This document shows positions 17,668-27,212 of a stretch of 44,389 nucleotides of DNA, piece after piece. Location: the NCBI GenBank assembly GCA_030150965.1, contig JASLEW010000115.1:1-44389 (forward strand), written 5' to 3'. A program made the translations under genes and the position numbers. The notes beneath the pieces are model-generated. The model was not told the DNA's origin and made no database searches. It worked only from the letters and a program-made list of their open reading frames with translations. The stretch comes from Thermoanaerobaculia bacterium. GTDB lineage: Bacteria > Acidobacteriota > Thermoanaerobaculia > Multivoradales > UBA5704. Every line of letters starts with the position of its first letter. Position 1 is the first letter of the stretch.

Positions 17668-19491
17668 TCAGACGACGCCCTCTTTCACCGCGGTCAGGTG
17701 ATCGGCCATGTAGTTCCACAGCGACTGAAGATAGGCGATGCCCAGCGGGTGGTTGTCGGCGCGGTCCTCGGTCGAGACGCCGCGCAGGGCCTCGAGCCGC
17801 GAGGTGACGGGCACGTTCTTGCCGAGTGCCTCGGTGTCGACCCCCGCCAGGCGCCAGGCGGCGAACGCATAGGACGCCGGCGCCTTGTGCAGCAGGCCGC
17901 CGGTCTTGCCGAAACGGACCGGGTGGCGCAGCCAGTCGCGCATCAGCTGGGTGGTCTGCACCTGCTCCCAGCCGAGGGCGCGCGCGGTGTGGAGCAGCGC
18001 CTCGCCGATGTGGCGGGCGAGGGCGTTGAGGTCGTCGCGGAACTGCTCATAATGATCGGCGCTGACGAAGCGGTGCAGGGCCTGCAGCGTGTTGCGGGCG
18101 TTCTCGAACGACTGTCGCGTGGCGATGTAGGGCACCAGGCTGTAGGTCAGCCAGTTGAACCCGGCGAGCGCCGCGTAGAGCCAGCGGTCGGCGCTCACCG
18201 ACGGATCGAGCGCCAGGTCGGCCCAGCAGAGCGCGTCGCCCACGGCGCTGTCGTGGTGGTGCACGCCGAGCAGCTGTGTGCCGCTCTCCGGCGCCGCGGT
18301 CTTGGTGAAGAAATTGAGCGCCAGGCCCGCCGCCGCGAACTCCACGGCATGCAGGGGCGAGACCTGGTTGCGGCCGCCGTTGCACCAATGGATGCGCGGA
18401 CTGAAATGCGGATCGTTGGGATAGTCCGCCGGGTCCAGCTCCACCTCGCTGTAGCGGGTGGGATTGCGCAGACCGAGCACGTACAGCTCGTCGAACAGCT
18501 CCTGGCCGTGCTTCTGGTAGTAGTCCCAGCTCGCCACCGCTCGCCGCTCGATCTCCTCGGGCTTGGCATAGTAGCCACGCGCGATCTGCCGTATCTCGTC
18601 GGTCGAGAAGTCCTGCCCGAGGCCGGCAAGGCCGCGGCCGACATTGCGCGCCCGCACCCCCTCCAGGAAGTCCGCCTCGCTCTGGCCGCTCCGCCGCAGG
18701 AAGTCGTCGAGCGGCTCGGCGCCGTCTGGAAGCCACTGGTTCCCCCAGTCCAGCTCGCGCAGCGGCGGGGCCGGCGGGTAGAAATAGGGACCGAGCAGGC
18801 AGCCGGCGACCCGCCAGCTGTCGCGGTCGTGGTTGTCGTCGGCCACCTGGCGCACGATCTTCGAGATCACCGGGATCCCGGCCGCGCCGGTGCCGCCGTA
18901 CATGCTGCCGACCACGAAGACGCGCAGCCGCTTGCCGCGGAAGCCCTGCAGCAGGGCGACCAGCGGCGATTTCGCCTCCACCTTGAGCTCGCCCATGGAG
19001 GCGATGACCGCGGCGCCGATGAAGGGTTTCTGGAAGAAGCCGCGGTCGAGCGGCGTCGCGAGATCGGCCTCGCTGTAGAAGAGCCGCAGGATCTGCATGG
19101 CCTCGTTGTGCCCGGCCGGCCGGCTGGCCAGCTTGCCGGCCAGCGTTTCGACGCCGGGAGGCCCGGAGAGCGCGTCGAGCGGGTGGATCGTGACCAGGTC
19201 CTGGAGCTTGAGCGACCAGAGCCCGCGCGACGCCCCGTCGCCGCCGGTCTTGCCGATGGCGCGATAGCGGCTGACCGCCTCTTGCAGCGACGCGGAGCGG
19301 CAGGCCTTGTCGGGATCGATACGCACCAGGGTGAGGCTGTCGGCGGCGTTGGCCGCGGCATGACCGGCGGTGGGCTCCTGCGCCAGCAGCGGGATGCCCA
19401 GGCACAGCAGATCGATCAGCGCCTCGGCCACCTTGGCGCCGGTGCCGCCGACGGCGAAGACCACGTAGTTGGTGGCGGTGTCGTTGGCCAT
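17668..19491 (-). CDS. divergent tubulin/FtsZ-like GTPase
   Basis: The internal ATG at 19491 follows GGAGGG and overlaps the upstream stop (TGATG). The N-terminus reads NYVVFAVGGTGAKV. GFFQKPFIGA is T3-like. VFVVGSMYGGTGAAGIPVISKIV (nt 18877..18906 covers GSMYGGTGAAG) resembles the FtsZ T4 loop AGMGGGTGTGAAPVIA. The upstream 148 codons of the ORF are R/G/A/P-rich and overlap a better gene. Confidence 0.75.
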   Translation of the reverse strand: MANDTATNYVVFAVGGTGAKVAEALIDLLCLGIPLLAQEPTAGHAAANAADSLTLVRIDPDKACRSASLQEAVSRYRAIGKTGGDGASRGLWSLKLQDLVTIHPLDALSGPPGVETLAGKLASRPAGHNEAMQILRLFYSEADLATPLDRGFFQKPFIGAAVIASMGELKVEAKSPLVALLQGFRGKRLRVFVVGSMYGGTGAAGIPVISKIVRQVADDNHDRDSWRVAGCLLGPYFYPPAPPLRELDWGNQWLPDGAEPLDDFLRRSGQSEADFLEGVRARNVGRGLAGLGQDFSTDEIRQIARGYYAKPEEIERRAVASWDYYQKHGQELFDELYVLGLRNPTRYSEVELDPADYPNDPHFSPRIHWCNGGRNQVSPLHAVEFAAAGLALNFFTKTAAPESGTQLLGVHHHDSAVGDALCWADLALDPSVSADRWLYAALAGFNWLTYSLVPYIATRQSFENARNTLQALHRFVSADHYEQFRDDLNALARHIGEALLHTARALGWEQVQTTQLMRDWLRHPVRFGKTGGLLHKAPASYAFAAWRLAGVDTEALGKNVPVTSRLEALRGVSTEDRADNHPLGIAYLQSLWNYMADHLTAVKEGVV

Positions 19492-19970
19492 CAGCGTACC
19501 CTCCGCCACGGCATGTGCGTCAGGTGCGCCGGCAGGTGCAGGCCGAGGAAGACGGCGACGTAGATCACCGCGCCGCAGAGCAGCAACGACATCATGTTGG
19601 TGACGCCGATGAGCCGTGCCGAGTTGGGCTCCAGGAGATAGACGGCGCTCGCGTAGCAGGCGAGGAAGACGAACAGCCACAGCGCCAGGGCAAACCGCGA
19701 GCGCCGCGGGCCGTACGCCAGCTCGCGCGCCCCGTTGCTGCGGGCGACGCTTTCGCGCCAGAGCTTGAAGAGGAATGCCAAGATGGCCGCCACCACCGCC
19801 GCGAAGGTGATGGAGAGCGCACTGGAGACGGCGACCTGATGCGCCGCCGGATGGCCCTGGAACTCCGGCCGGATCAGGAAGTCGATCAGCCAGCGCAGCA
19901 CCGCACTGGACTCCGTCATCCTGGCGGGCTGCCACGCCAGGACCTCAAAGGCATCGATGATGGTGGTCAC
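19491..19970 (-). CDS. small polytopic membrane protein (3-4 TM)
   Basis: 159-aa ORF with a GTG start 6 nt after GGGAGGA. It has hydrophobic helices (VAVSSALSITFAAVVAAILAFLF, FALALWLFVFLACYASAVYLL, MMSLLLCGAVIYVAVFLGLHL). Its stop overlaps the start of the tubulin-like gene. Confidence 0.65.
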   Translation of the reverse strand: MTTIIDAFEVLAWQPARMTESSAVLRWLIDFLIRPEFQGHPAAHQVAVSSALSITFAAVVAAILAFLFKLWRESVARSNGARELAYGPRRSRFALALWLFVFLACYASAVYLLEPNSARLIGVTNMMSLLLCGAVIYVAVFLGLHLPAHLTHMPWRRVR

Positions 19971-20009
19971 TCCTATCCTCCCATGGGCACGCGGCGGTGG
20001 CGGAATGCA

Positions 20010-21611
20010 TCAGACCTTGCTGGGCCAGATGACCAGGTACCAGGGCTTGAGCGTCTGCGCGGCGCTGCTGGAGTTGCGCAGCAACCCGGATACCAGGGCC
20101 TTCAGGTTCAGCAGCTGGTTCGCCGAGCCGGGTTTGGAATCGTCCTCCGTCGACCAGCTCTCGATCCACGCCGGCAGGCGCAGCCGCGCCGGATCGAAGC
20201 GCCCCTCGACCCGCAGCAGGGTGAGCGGCAGGTAGTCGCCGGACGGGGTCCAGCGCAGCACCAGGTGGCCGCCGGCTCCCGCCCCGGCCGCGCTCGGAGC
20301 AGTGGCCGGCGCGAAGGTCAGCGGTTCGCTCACCGTATCCGCCAGTGCCTCCTCGAATTGCAACCGTTTCAGCTGGTAGCCCGCGGGCGGCCAGGCGAGC
20401 GATTGGGCGCTCTCGTACCAGGCGCGGGGCCGCGCGACCTCGCGCACGGTGAAGCGCAGCTCGCTCGCCGCGTCCCTGGCGGCGCTGCCGAAGAAGGCGC
20501 GGCCGGCCTCGGTAAGCTCGATGTCGGCGGCGATATGGACCGCTCCCGGATGCAGGAAGTCGAGGTCCTGCCAGAGATACTGCAGCACCTGCACGTCCTG
20601 GCTGAGCGGGATGTCGTTGAAGTCGACGCGCCAGGTATCCTCGGTGGCCAGGCGCAGCGGGTTGGGCACCGGCGAGCCCCCGGCGACGGCGTCCTTGACC
20701 GCATAGGCCGCGGTGTCGAGCGCCGGCCGCGCGCGCTTGACCAGGGGGAGGGTCAGCGGCAGCTCCCGCACCAGCCGCGGATCGAGGCCGGCCTGCACGG
20801 CCTCGCGCAGCCGGTCCACCACCGGCTGCAGGTCCTCGCGGTTCTCGGTGAAGACGAGCAGCAGGAACGGCCGGTAGCGGGCGGGGTCGGCGGGATCGAC
20901 CGCGCGGTAGACGCCAGATTGGCCGCCGCCGCGCGTCTCGGAATAGACCGGGCCGGAGAAGCGGCTGCGGATGCCGAAGATGTGGACGCCCCAACCGCGG
21001 TCGATCAGGGCGGCGATCGCGGCATTGGCGCAGCGCGCGTCGGCGCCGGCGGCGCAGCGGGAATCGGCGACATCGAGCGGCAAGCTCTGCACGCCGTCGG
21101 TGACGAAGAGATCGACCGCGTTCGGCCGGTCCGCCGCGTGGGCCGCCGGCTGGGGGGCTTCGCCGAACGAGCGTATGGTCGCGGCGATGTCGCTCGCCGC
21201 CCCGTTGTAGAACCCGGCGGAGCGGGTCACGGTGAGCAGGGTGGGGGCGGCGGCCGGGGCCTGGCGCGCGGCGGCATCGACTCGCCGCAGCGTGAGCGGC
21301 TGCGCGGCATCCAGCTGATCCGCCATGGTCGCCACCGCCCGCAACGCGCGCGAGTACTCGAAGGAGCCTGCCGGGTCGGAGAAGCCCCGCATGCTGGCGC
21401 TCGCATCGATGTAAAGGACGGGAGCGCCGCGGCGCCGCGCGGGGCCGGCCGGCGAGCGGGTCCCCTCGGCGGTTTGGATCCAATCCGCCAGCGTGTGATG
21501 CCTGAACGTCGGATCGTCAGGCTGATGGATACAGCTGAAACATGCTGCCGCCGCCGCGGCGAGCGCTAGGGCCCCGACGCGGGCGCGATGTCGAAACGCT
21601 GGCAACGGCAT
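20010..21611 (-). CDS. von Willebrand factor A (vWA)-like domain protein, probable lipoprotein or secreted, with ~300-aa uncharacterised C-terminal region
   Basis: The signal is MPLPAFRHRARVGALALAAAAAAC. The MIDAS DxSxS motif is YIDASASM (nt 21390..21413), with a downstream LFVTDGVQS motif. The ATG follows GAGGAAGGG. Confidence 0.75.
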   Translation of the reverse strand: MPLPAFRHRARVGALALAAAAAACFSCIHQPDDPTFRHHTLADWIQTAEGTRSPAGPARRRGAPVLYIDASASMRGFSDPAGSFEYSRALRAVATMADQLDAAQPLTLRRVDAAARQAPAAAPTLLTVTRSAGFYNGAASDIAATIRSFGEAPQPAAHAADRPNAVDLFVTDGVQSLPLDVADSRCAAGADARCANAAIAALIDRGWGVHIFGIRSRFSGPVYSETRGGGQSGVYRAVDPADPARYRPFLLLVFTENREDLQPVVDRLREAVQAGLDPRLVRELPLTLPLVKRARPALDTAAYAVKDAVAGGSPVPNPLRLATEDTWRVDFNDIPLSQDVQVLQYLWQDLDFLHPGAVHIAADIELTEAGRAFFGSAARDAASELRFTVREVARPRAWYESAQSLAWPPAGYQLKRLQFEEALADTVSEPLTFAPATAPSAAGAGAGGHLVLRWTPSGDYLPLTLLRVEGRFDPARLRLPAWIESWSTEDDSKPGSANQLLNLKALVSGLLRNSSSAAQTLKPWYLVIWPSKV

Positions 21612-21736
21612 GATTACCCTTCCTCTTCTCCCCCGGCGGTCCGGCGTCCGTGCCGCGCCCCGGCGTAAGGTGCCTTCATCAGACCTACGCGAGGAAGGGA
21701 GGAGGAGCGGTTCATCCCCTGTAGAATGGCCGCAGG
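21612..21736. promoter_or_regulatory. divergent intergenic region between the vWA operon and the ECF sigma gene
   Basis: This 125-bp gap separates two divergently oriented start codons. A TAGAAT -10-like hexamer at 21722..21727 sits only about 10 nt from the sigma ATG. Promoters for both units must lie here. Confidence 0.4.
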
Positions 21737-22309
21737 ATGCCCACCGCGCCGCGCGACGTGACGGTCCTCCTCAGGGAATGGAGCGAGGGCGATCCCGCGG
21801 CCCTCGAAGGGCTCATGCCGCTGGTCCTCGACGACCTGCGGCAGCTGGCGCGCCGGCAGTTCCGCGGCGAGCGCTCGGCGCACACCCTGCAGCCGACCGC
21901 GCTGATCAACGAGGTCTACCTGCGCCTCTACGGCCAGCAGAAGCTGCATTGGGACAACCGGGGGCAGTTCTTCGCCTTCGCCGCCACCCTCATGCGCCGC
22001 GTCCTGGTCGATCACGCCAAGGCCCGGCTGGCGGCCAAGCGCGGCAGGGGAGTGCCCAACCTGCCCCTGGACGAGGCGCTCGCCGTGCCCGCCGGCACGG
22101 ACCGCGGCGTCGACTACATCGCCCTCGACGAGGCGCTGAGCCGCCTCTCCGCGCTCGACGGCCGGCAGGGCCAGATCGTCGAGCTGCGCTTCTTCGTCGG
22201 CCTGACCAACGAGGAGATCGCCGAGCAGCTCGGCATCTCGGTGTCCTCGGTCAAGCGGGACTGGGACCTGGCCCGCACCTGGCTGTTCCGGGAGCTGAAG
22301 CGGCCGTAG
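21737..22309 (+). CDS. ECF-type RNA polymerase sigma factor (kinase-associated ECF family)
   Basis: The N-terminus reads DVTVLLREWSEGDPAALEGLMPLVLDDLRQLARRQF. The region-4 HTH is LTNEEIAEQLGISVSSVKRDWDLARTWL. Both are typical of the ECF family encoded next to Ser/Thr kinases. Confidence 0.9.
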   Translation: MPTAPRDVTVLLREWSEGDPAALEGLMPLVLDDLRQLARRQFRGERSAHTLQPTALINEVYLRLYGQQKLHWDNRGQFFAFAATLMRRVLVDHAKARLAAKRGRGVPNLPLDEALAVPAGTDRGVDYIALDEALSRLSALDGRQGQIVELRFFVGLTNEEIAEQLGISVSSVKRDWDLARTWLFRELKRP

Positions 22310-22419
22310 GCGGCGGCGCCGGGGCGCGAGCCCGCGGCGGCGGATTCGTCGCGTCGGAAGGAGAAGGCGGGGCGGGGAAGGGCCTCGGCCAGCCGCGGAC
22401 GGGGCGATGCGAGGTGACT

Positions 22420-24882
<2,463 letters not shown>

Positions 24883-25019
24883 AGCGCCGGCGACCGCCAT
24901 AAGCCGAAACCCCGCGTTACCCCCCGGGTGAGAGGCGGCACGGGCCGCCTTTCCGAACGGGGATCCCCAGACCCGCAAACGTTGCTCGGACGAGACCTCA
25001 GCGGTCTGTGGGAGAAGTC

Positions 25020-25805
25020 ATGCCTTGTCATCGAGTCTCTCTGGAAAGGTTTTCCATCACGCTTGCCACCCTCGTCGCCGCCGGCCTGCTCCGGGCCGGC
25101 GCGCCCGCCGCCATCGCCGCCGGCCTGCCGGTCACCCCCAGCACCACCCAGGAATGGGGCAGCGAGGTGGTGCGCGTCACCGCCGACAGCCCCGGCACGG
25201 TCGCGGTCGGGCCCGACGGCGCGACGATGGAGAGCGGCAGCGGCAGCGGCGGGGGCAGCGGCACCTCCGCCTGGCGGGGCGGGGCGGGCGCCGCTCCCGC
25301 GGACACCGACGCCGCCACCGACTATTGCCTCGAGCTCGACCTCGCCGACGCCTCCTCCGGTCCCTACCGGCTGCGCTTTCATTTCGACACCTCGGGCGGC
25401 AGCTCGACCTCGCGAGCCAACCGGGCGCGCGGAGCCGCCCCGGCCGCCGCACCCGGCCCTGCCGCCAGGACCGCCGCCGCCACCGGAGCCATCGCGCCGC
25501 GGCGCGCCCCGGCCTCGCCCGCCGCGCGCCGCCGCCGCCGCGTTTCACCTCTGGACACCTCCCTCTCGCTCTCCTTCGCCCTCGCCACCACCGCCGACGC
25601 CTCGGCGCTGACCACCGGCGACCTCGGCCTCGTCGCCGCGATCTACGATGCCGACGACAACCTGGTGGCCGCCGACGACGGCGCCGGCGGCCGCATCTCC
25701 GCCACCCTGCCGGCCGGCAGCTACACCCTGGTCATCAGCGGCGGCGACCAGCTCGCCGGCAGCTCCGCCGTGATGGCCGACAGCGGCACCTGCTCCGGTG
25801 ATTAG
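25020..25805 (+). CDS. hypothetical secreted protein with C-terminal pre-peptidase-C-terminal-like beta domain
   Basis: The ATG follows GGAGAAG and the signal-like segment is ITLATLVAAGLLRAGAPAAIAAG. The C-terminus (LGLVAAIYDADDNLVAADDGAGGRISATLPAGSYTLVISGG) resembles PPC-type domains. The central R/A/P-rich stretch looks non-globular. Confidence 0.45.
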   Translation: MPCHRVSLERFSITLATLVAAGLLRAGAPAAIAAGLPVTPSTTQEWGSEVVRVTADSPGTVAVGPDGATMESGSGSGGGSGTSAWRGGAGAAPADTDAATDYCLELDLADASSGPYRLRFHFDTSGGSSTSRANRARGAAPAAAPGPAARTAAATGAIAPRRAPASPAARRRRRVSPLDTSLSLSFALATTADASALTTGDLGLVAAIYDADDNLVAADDGAGGRISATLPAGSYTLVISGGDQLAGSSAVMADSGTCSGD

Positions 25806-25921
25806 CCAGGGCGCGGCCGGAGCGGCCGGCAGGACCGGCCATTGTTAAGCGCTCCACGTTCTGATGCATCGAGCCCTGTTGTCTTGTCGAGCTTCGTTTC
25901 GCGCTCTGTTGTCAAGCTCTT

Positions 25922-25955
25922 GCGATCCGGCCGCAAGGCGTGGCGGCCGGATCGC
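25922..25955 (+). terminator. strong hairpin downstream of the 25020..25805 gene
   Basis: A perfect 13-bp stem (GCGATCCGGCCGC at 25922..25934 pairing with GCGGCCGGATCGC at 25943..25955) closes an 8-nt loop. There is no clear T-tract. An AT-rich island follows. Confidence 0.4.
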
Positions 25956-26012
25956 CGATCTTCATCTGCGGGAACGTGCGTGTTAATATCACTGTTATTG
26001 TTTACGTTTGAA

Positions 26013-27212
26013 TTGAAAGCTTTCCGGCACCCGCGGGCGTCGGCGGCGCCCCGGCCGCAGCCGTTCACCGACCTCGTCCGCCGGCAGGCGGCGGATGAGC
26101 CCGTGGATGCCGCGCGGCTCGCCGCCGTGCGGGAGGCCCTTCGCCAGGCGCTGCGCCGCGAGCTGCGGCAGCGCGGCCTGTGGGAGAGTCCGCCGGCCTA
26201 CCTGGGCGTCCAGGGCTGGGAGAGCTGGCAGCAGCCGGCGGCGGGGCAGGGCGGAGCGTTTGCCGAGCTGCTGGAGGATTGCTACACCTTCGTCTTCGTC
26301 GACCGCCTGCGCAGCATGAGGGCCCAGCTCGCGGTCAAGGACAACATCGAAGGACTGGTCCTGCTCAACATCCGTCATTTCCTGCACGAGCGCCAGCGGA
26401 CCCACGATCCGCTGGGCTACCGCGTGTTCGAGGTGGTCTGGGCGGCGGTCGAGCGGGGCGTCGCCGCGGGCACCCTGGAGGTCGTCGACGGCGATCCGCG
26501 GATCCGCAACGACACCCTGCTCGCCTTCGATCCCGATGCGCTCCATCCGCCGGCGGCGCCGGCGGCGCTGGAGGACTGGGCCGCCCGGGTCGGCGACGAC
26601 CTGCTGCCGGACCTGGTCACCGCCACCGGCCGGCGCCAGGAGGAGACGGCGGCGGAGATCGCGCTGCGCCTGGCGCGGCTGCGGCAGGCGGGCGTGGTGG
26701 CGTTCCGTTTCAAGGCGCTGGTCGATGCCTTCAAGCGCGACGTGCGCCAACGGTGGGCGGCGATCCTGAGCGGCGAGGGGGGCGGCGGGATCGACCGCCG
26801 GGAGGACGCGGAGGGTGGTGCGGTGTGGATGGAGGCCCCGGGCGCGCGCTTCGAGGCGCAGGAGAGCTTCCGCGCGCTGGTCGCGTGCGTGCTGCGGTCG
26901 CTGGCGCGGCTCGAGGCGCCGGCGCGGACGCGGGCGCAGCTCGCCACCCTCTGGCAGTACCTGCGCCTGTACAGCGTCGAGGGCCTCGACCCGGAGGCCG
27001 AGGAAGAGGAGGCGCCGGCGGCCCCGGCGAAGAAGCGCCGCCTGCGCGCGGGCAGGCCCTCCGACCGGATGCTCGCCGACCGGCTGAAGATCCCCCGCGA
27101 GCAGCTGCCGCAGCTCTTCGCCACGCTCGGCGGCCTGGTCGCGGGCTGCCGGGCGAGCGGTGCCGTCCCCGGGCCGCGGCGGTGGGACGCGGCGGAGCAG
27201 GGGCCCGCATGA
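26013..27212 (+). CDS. hypothetical protein, possibly a highly divergent sigma-70/ECF-like factor (start uncertain)
   Basis: The ORF frame is open from 25842, but the sequence up to about 26012 crosses a hairpin and an AT-rich island. TTG 26013 and GTG 26103 are candidate starts. LLEDCYTFVFVDRLRSMRAQLAVKDNIEGLVLLNIRHFLHERQR is reminiscent of sigma region 2. SDRMLADRLKIPREQLPQLFATLGGL is reminiscent of a region-4 HTH. Confidence 0.5.
   Translation: MKAFRHPRASAAPRPQPFTDLVRRQAADEPVDAARLAAVREALRQALRRELRQRGLWESPPAYLGVQGWESWQQPAAGQGGAFAELLEDCYTFVFVDRLRSMRAQLAVKDNIEGLVLLNIRHFLHERQRTHDPLGYRVFEVVWAAVERGVAAGTLEVVDGDPRIRNDTLLAFDPDALHPPAAPAALEDWAARVGDDLLPDLVTATGRRQEETAAEIALRLARLRQAGVVAFRFKALVDAFKRDVRQRWAAILSGEGGGGIDRREDAEGGAVWMEAPGARFEAQESFRALVACVLRSLARLEAPARTRAQLATLWQYLRLYSVEGLDPEAEEEEAPAAPAKKRRLRAGRPSDRMLADRLKIPREQLPQLFATLGGLVAGCRASGAVPGPRRWDAAEQGPA

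Noticed and set aside
13498-19563. 2021-aa plus-strand ORF spanning the NTPase operon.
   Set aside because: It is antisense to four well-supported minus-strand genes. Its translation is dominated by R/G/A/P/V with no motifs. It is a classic shadow ORF of very GC-rich DNA.
19492-19935. 148-codon N-terminal extension of the tubulin-like ORF (the ORF track gives 17668..19935).
   Set aside because: The extension is R/G/A/P-rich and overlaps a convincing multi-TM protein gene in another frame. The internal ATG at 19491 has a GGAGGG ribosome-binding site and starts exactly at the conserved VVFAVGGTG region.
21610-22419. 270-codon N-terminal extension of the kinase ORF (the ORF track gives 21610..24882).
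   Set aside because: It overlaps the ECF sigma gene in another frame and is Arg/Pro/Gly-rich. The kinase family typically begins at the TPE(L/R)WQRV helix, which follows the GTG at 22420.
25842-26012. Upstream part of the 456-aa ORF for the sigma-like gene.
   Set aside because: It crosses a 13-bp-stem hairpin and an AT-rich island that look like a terminator and a promoter, and its translation is implausible. A downstream start is preferred but not proven.
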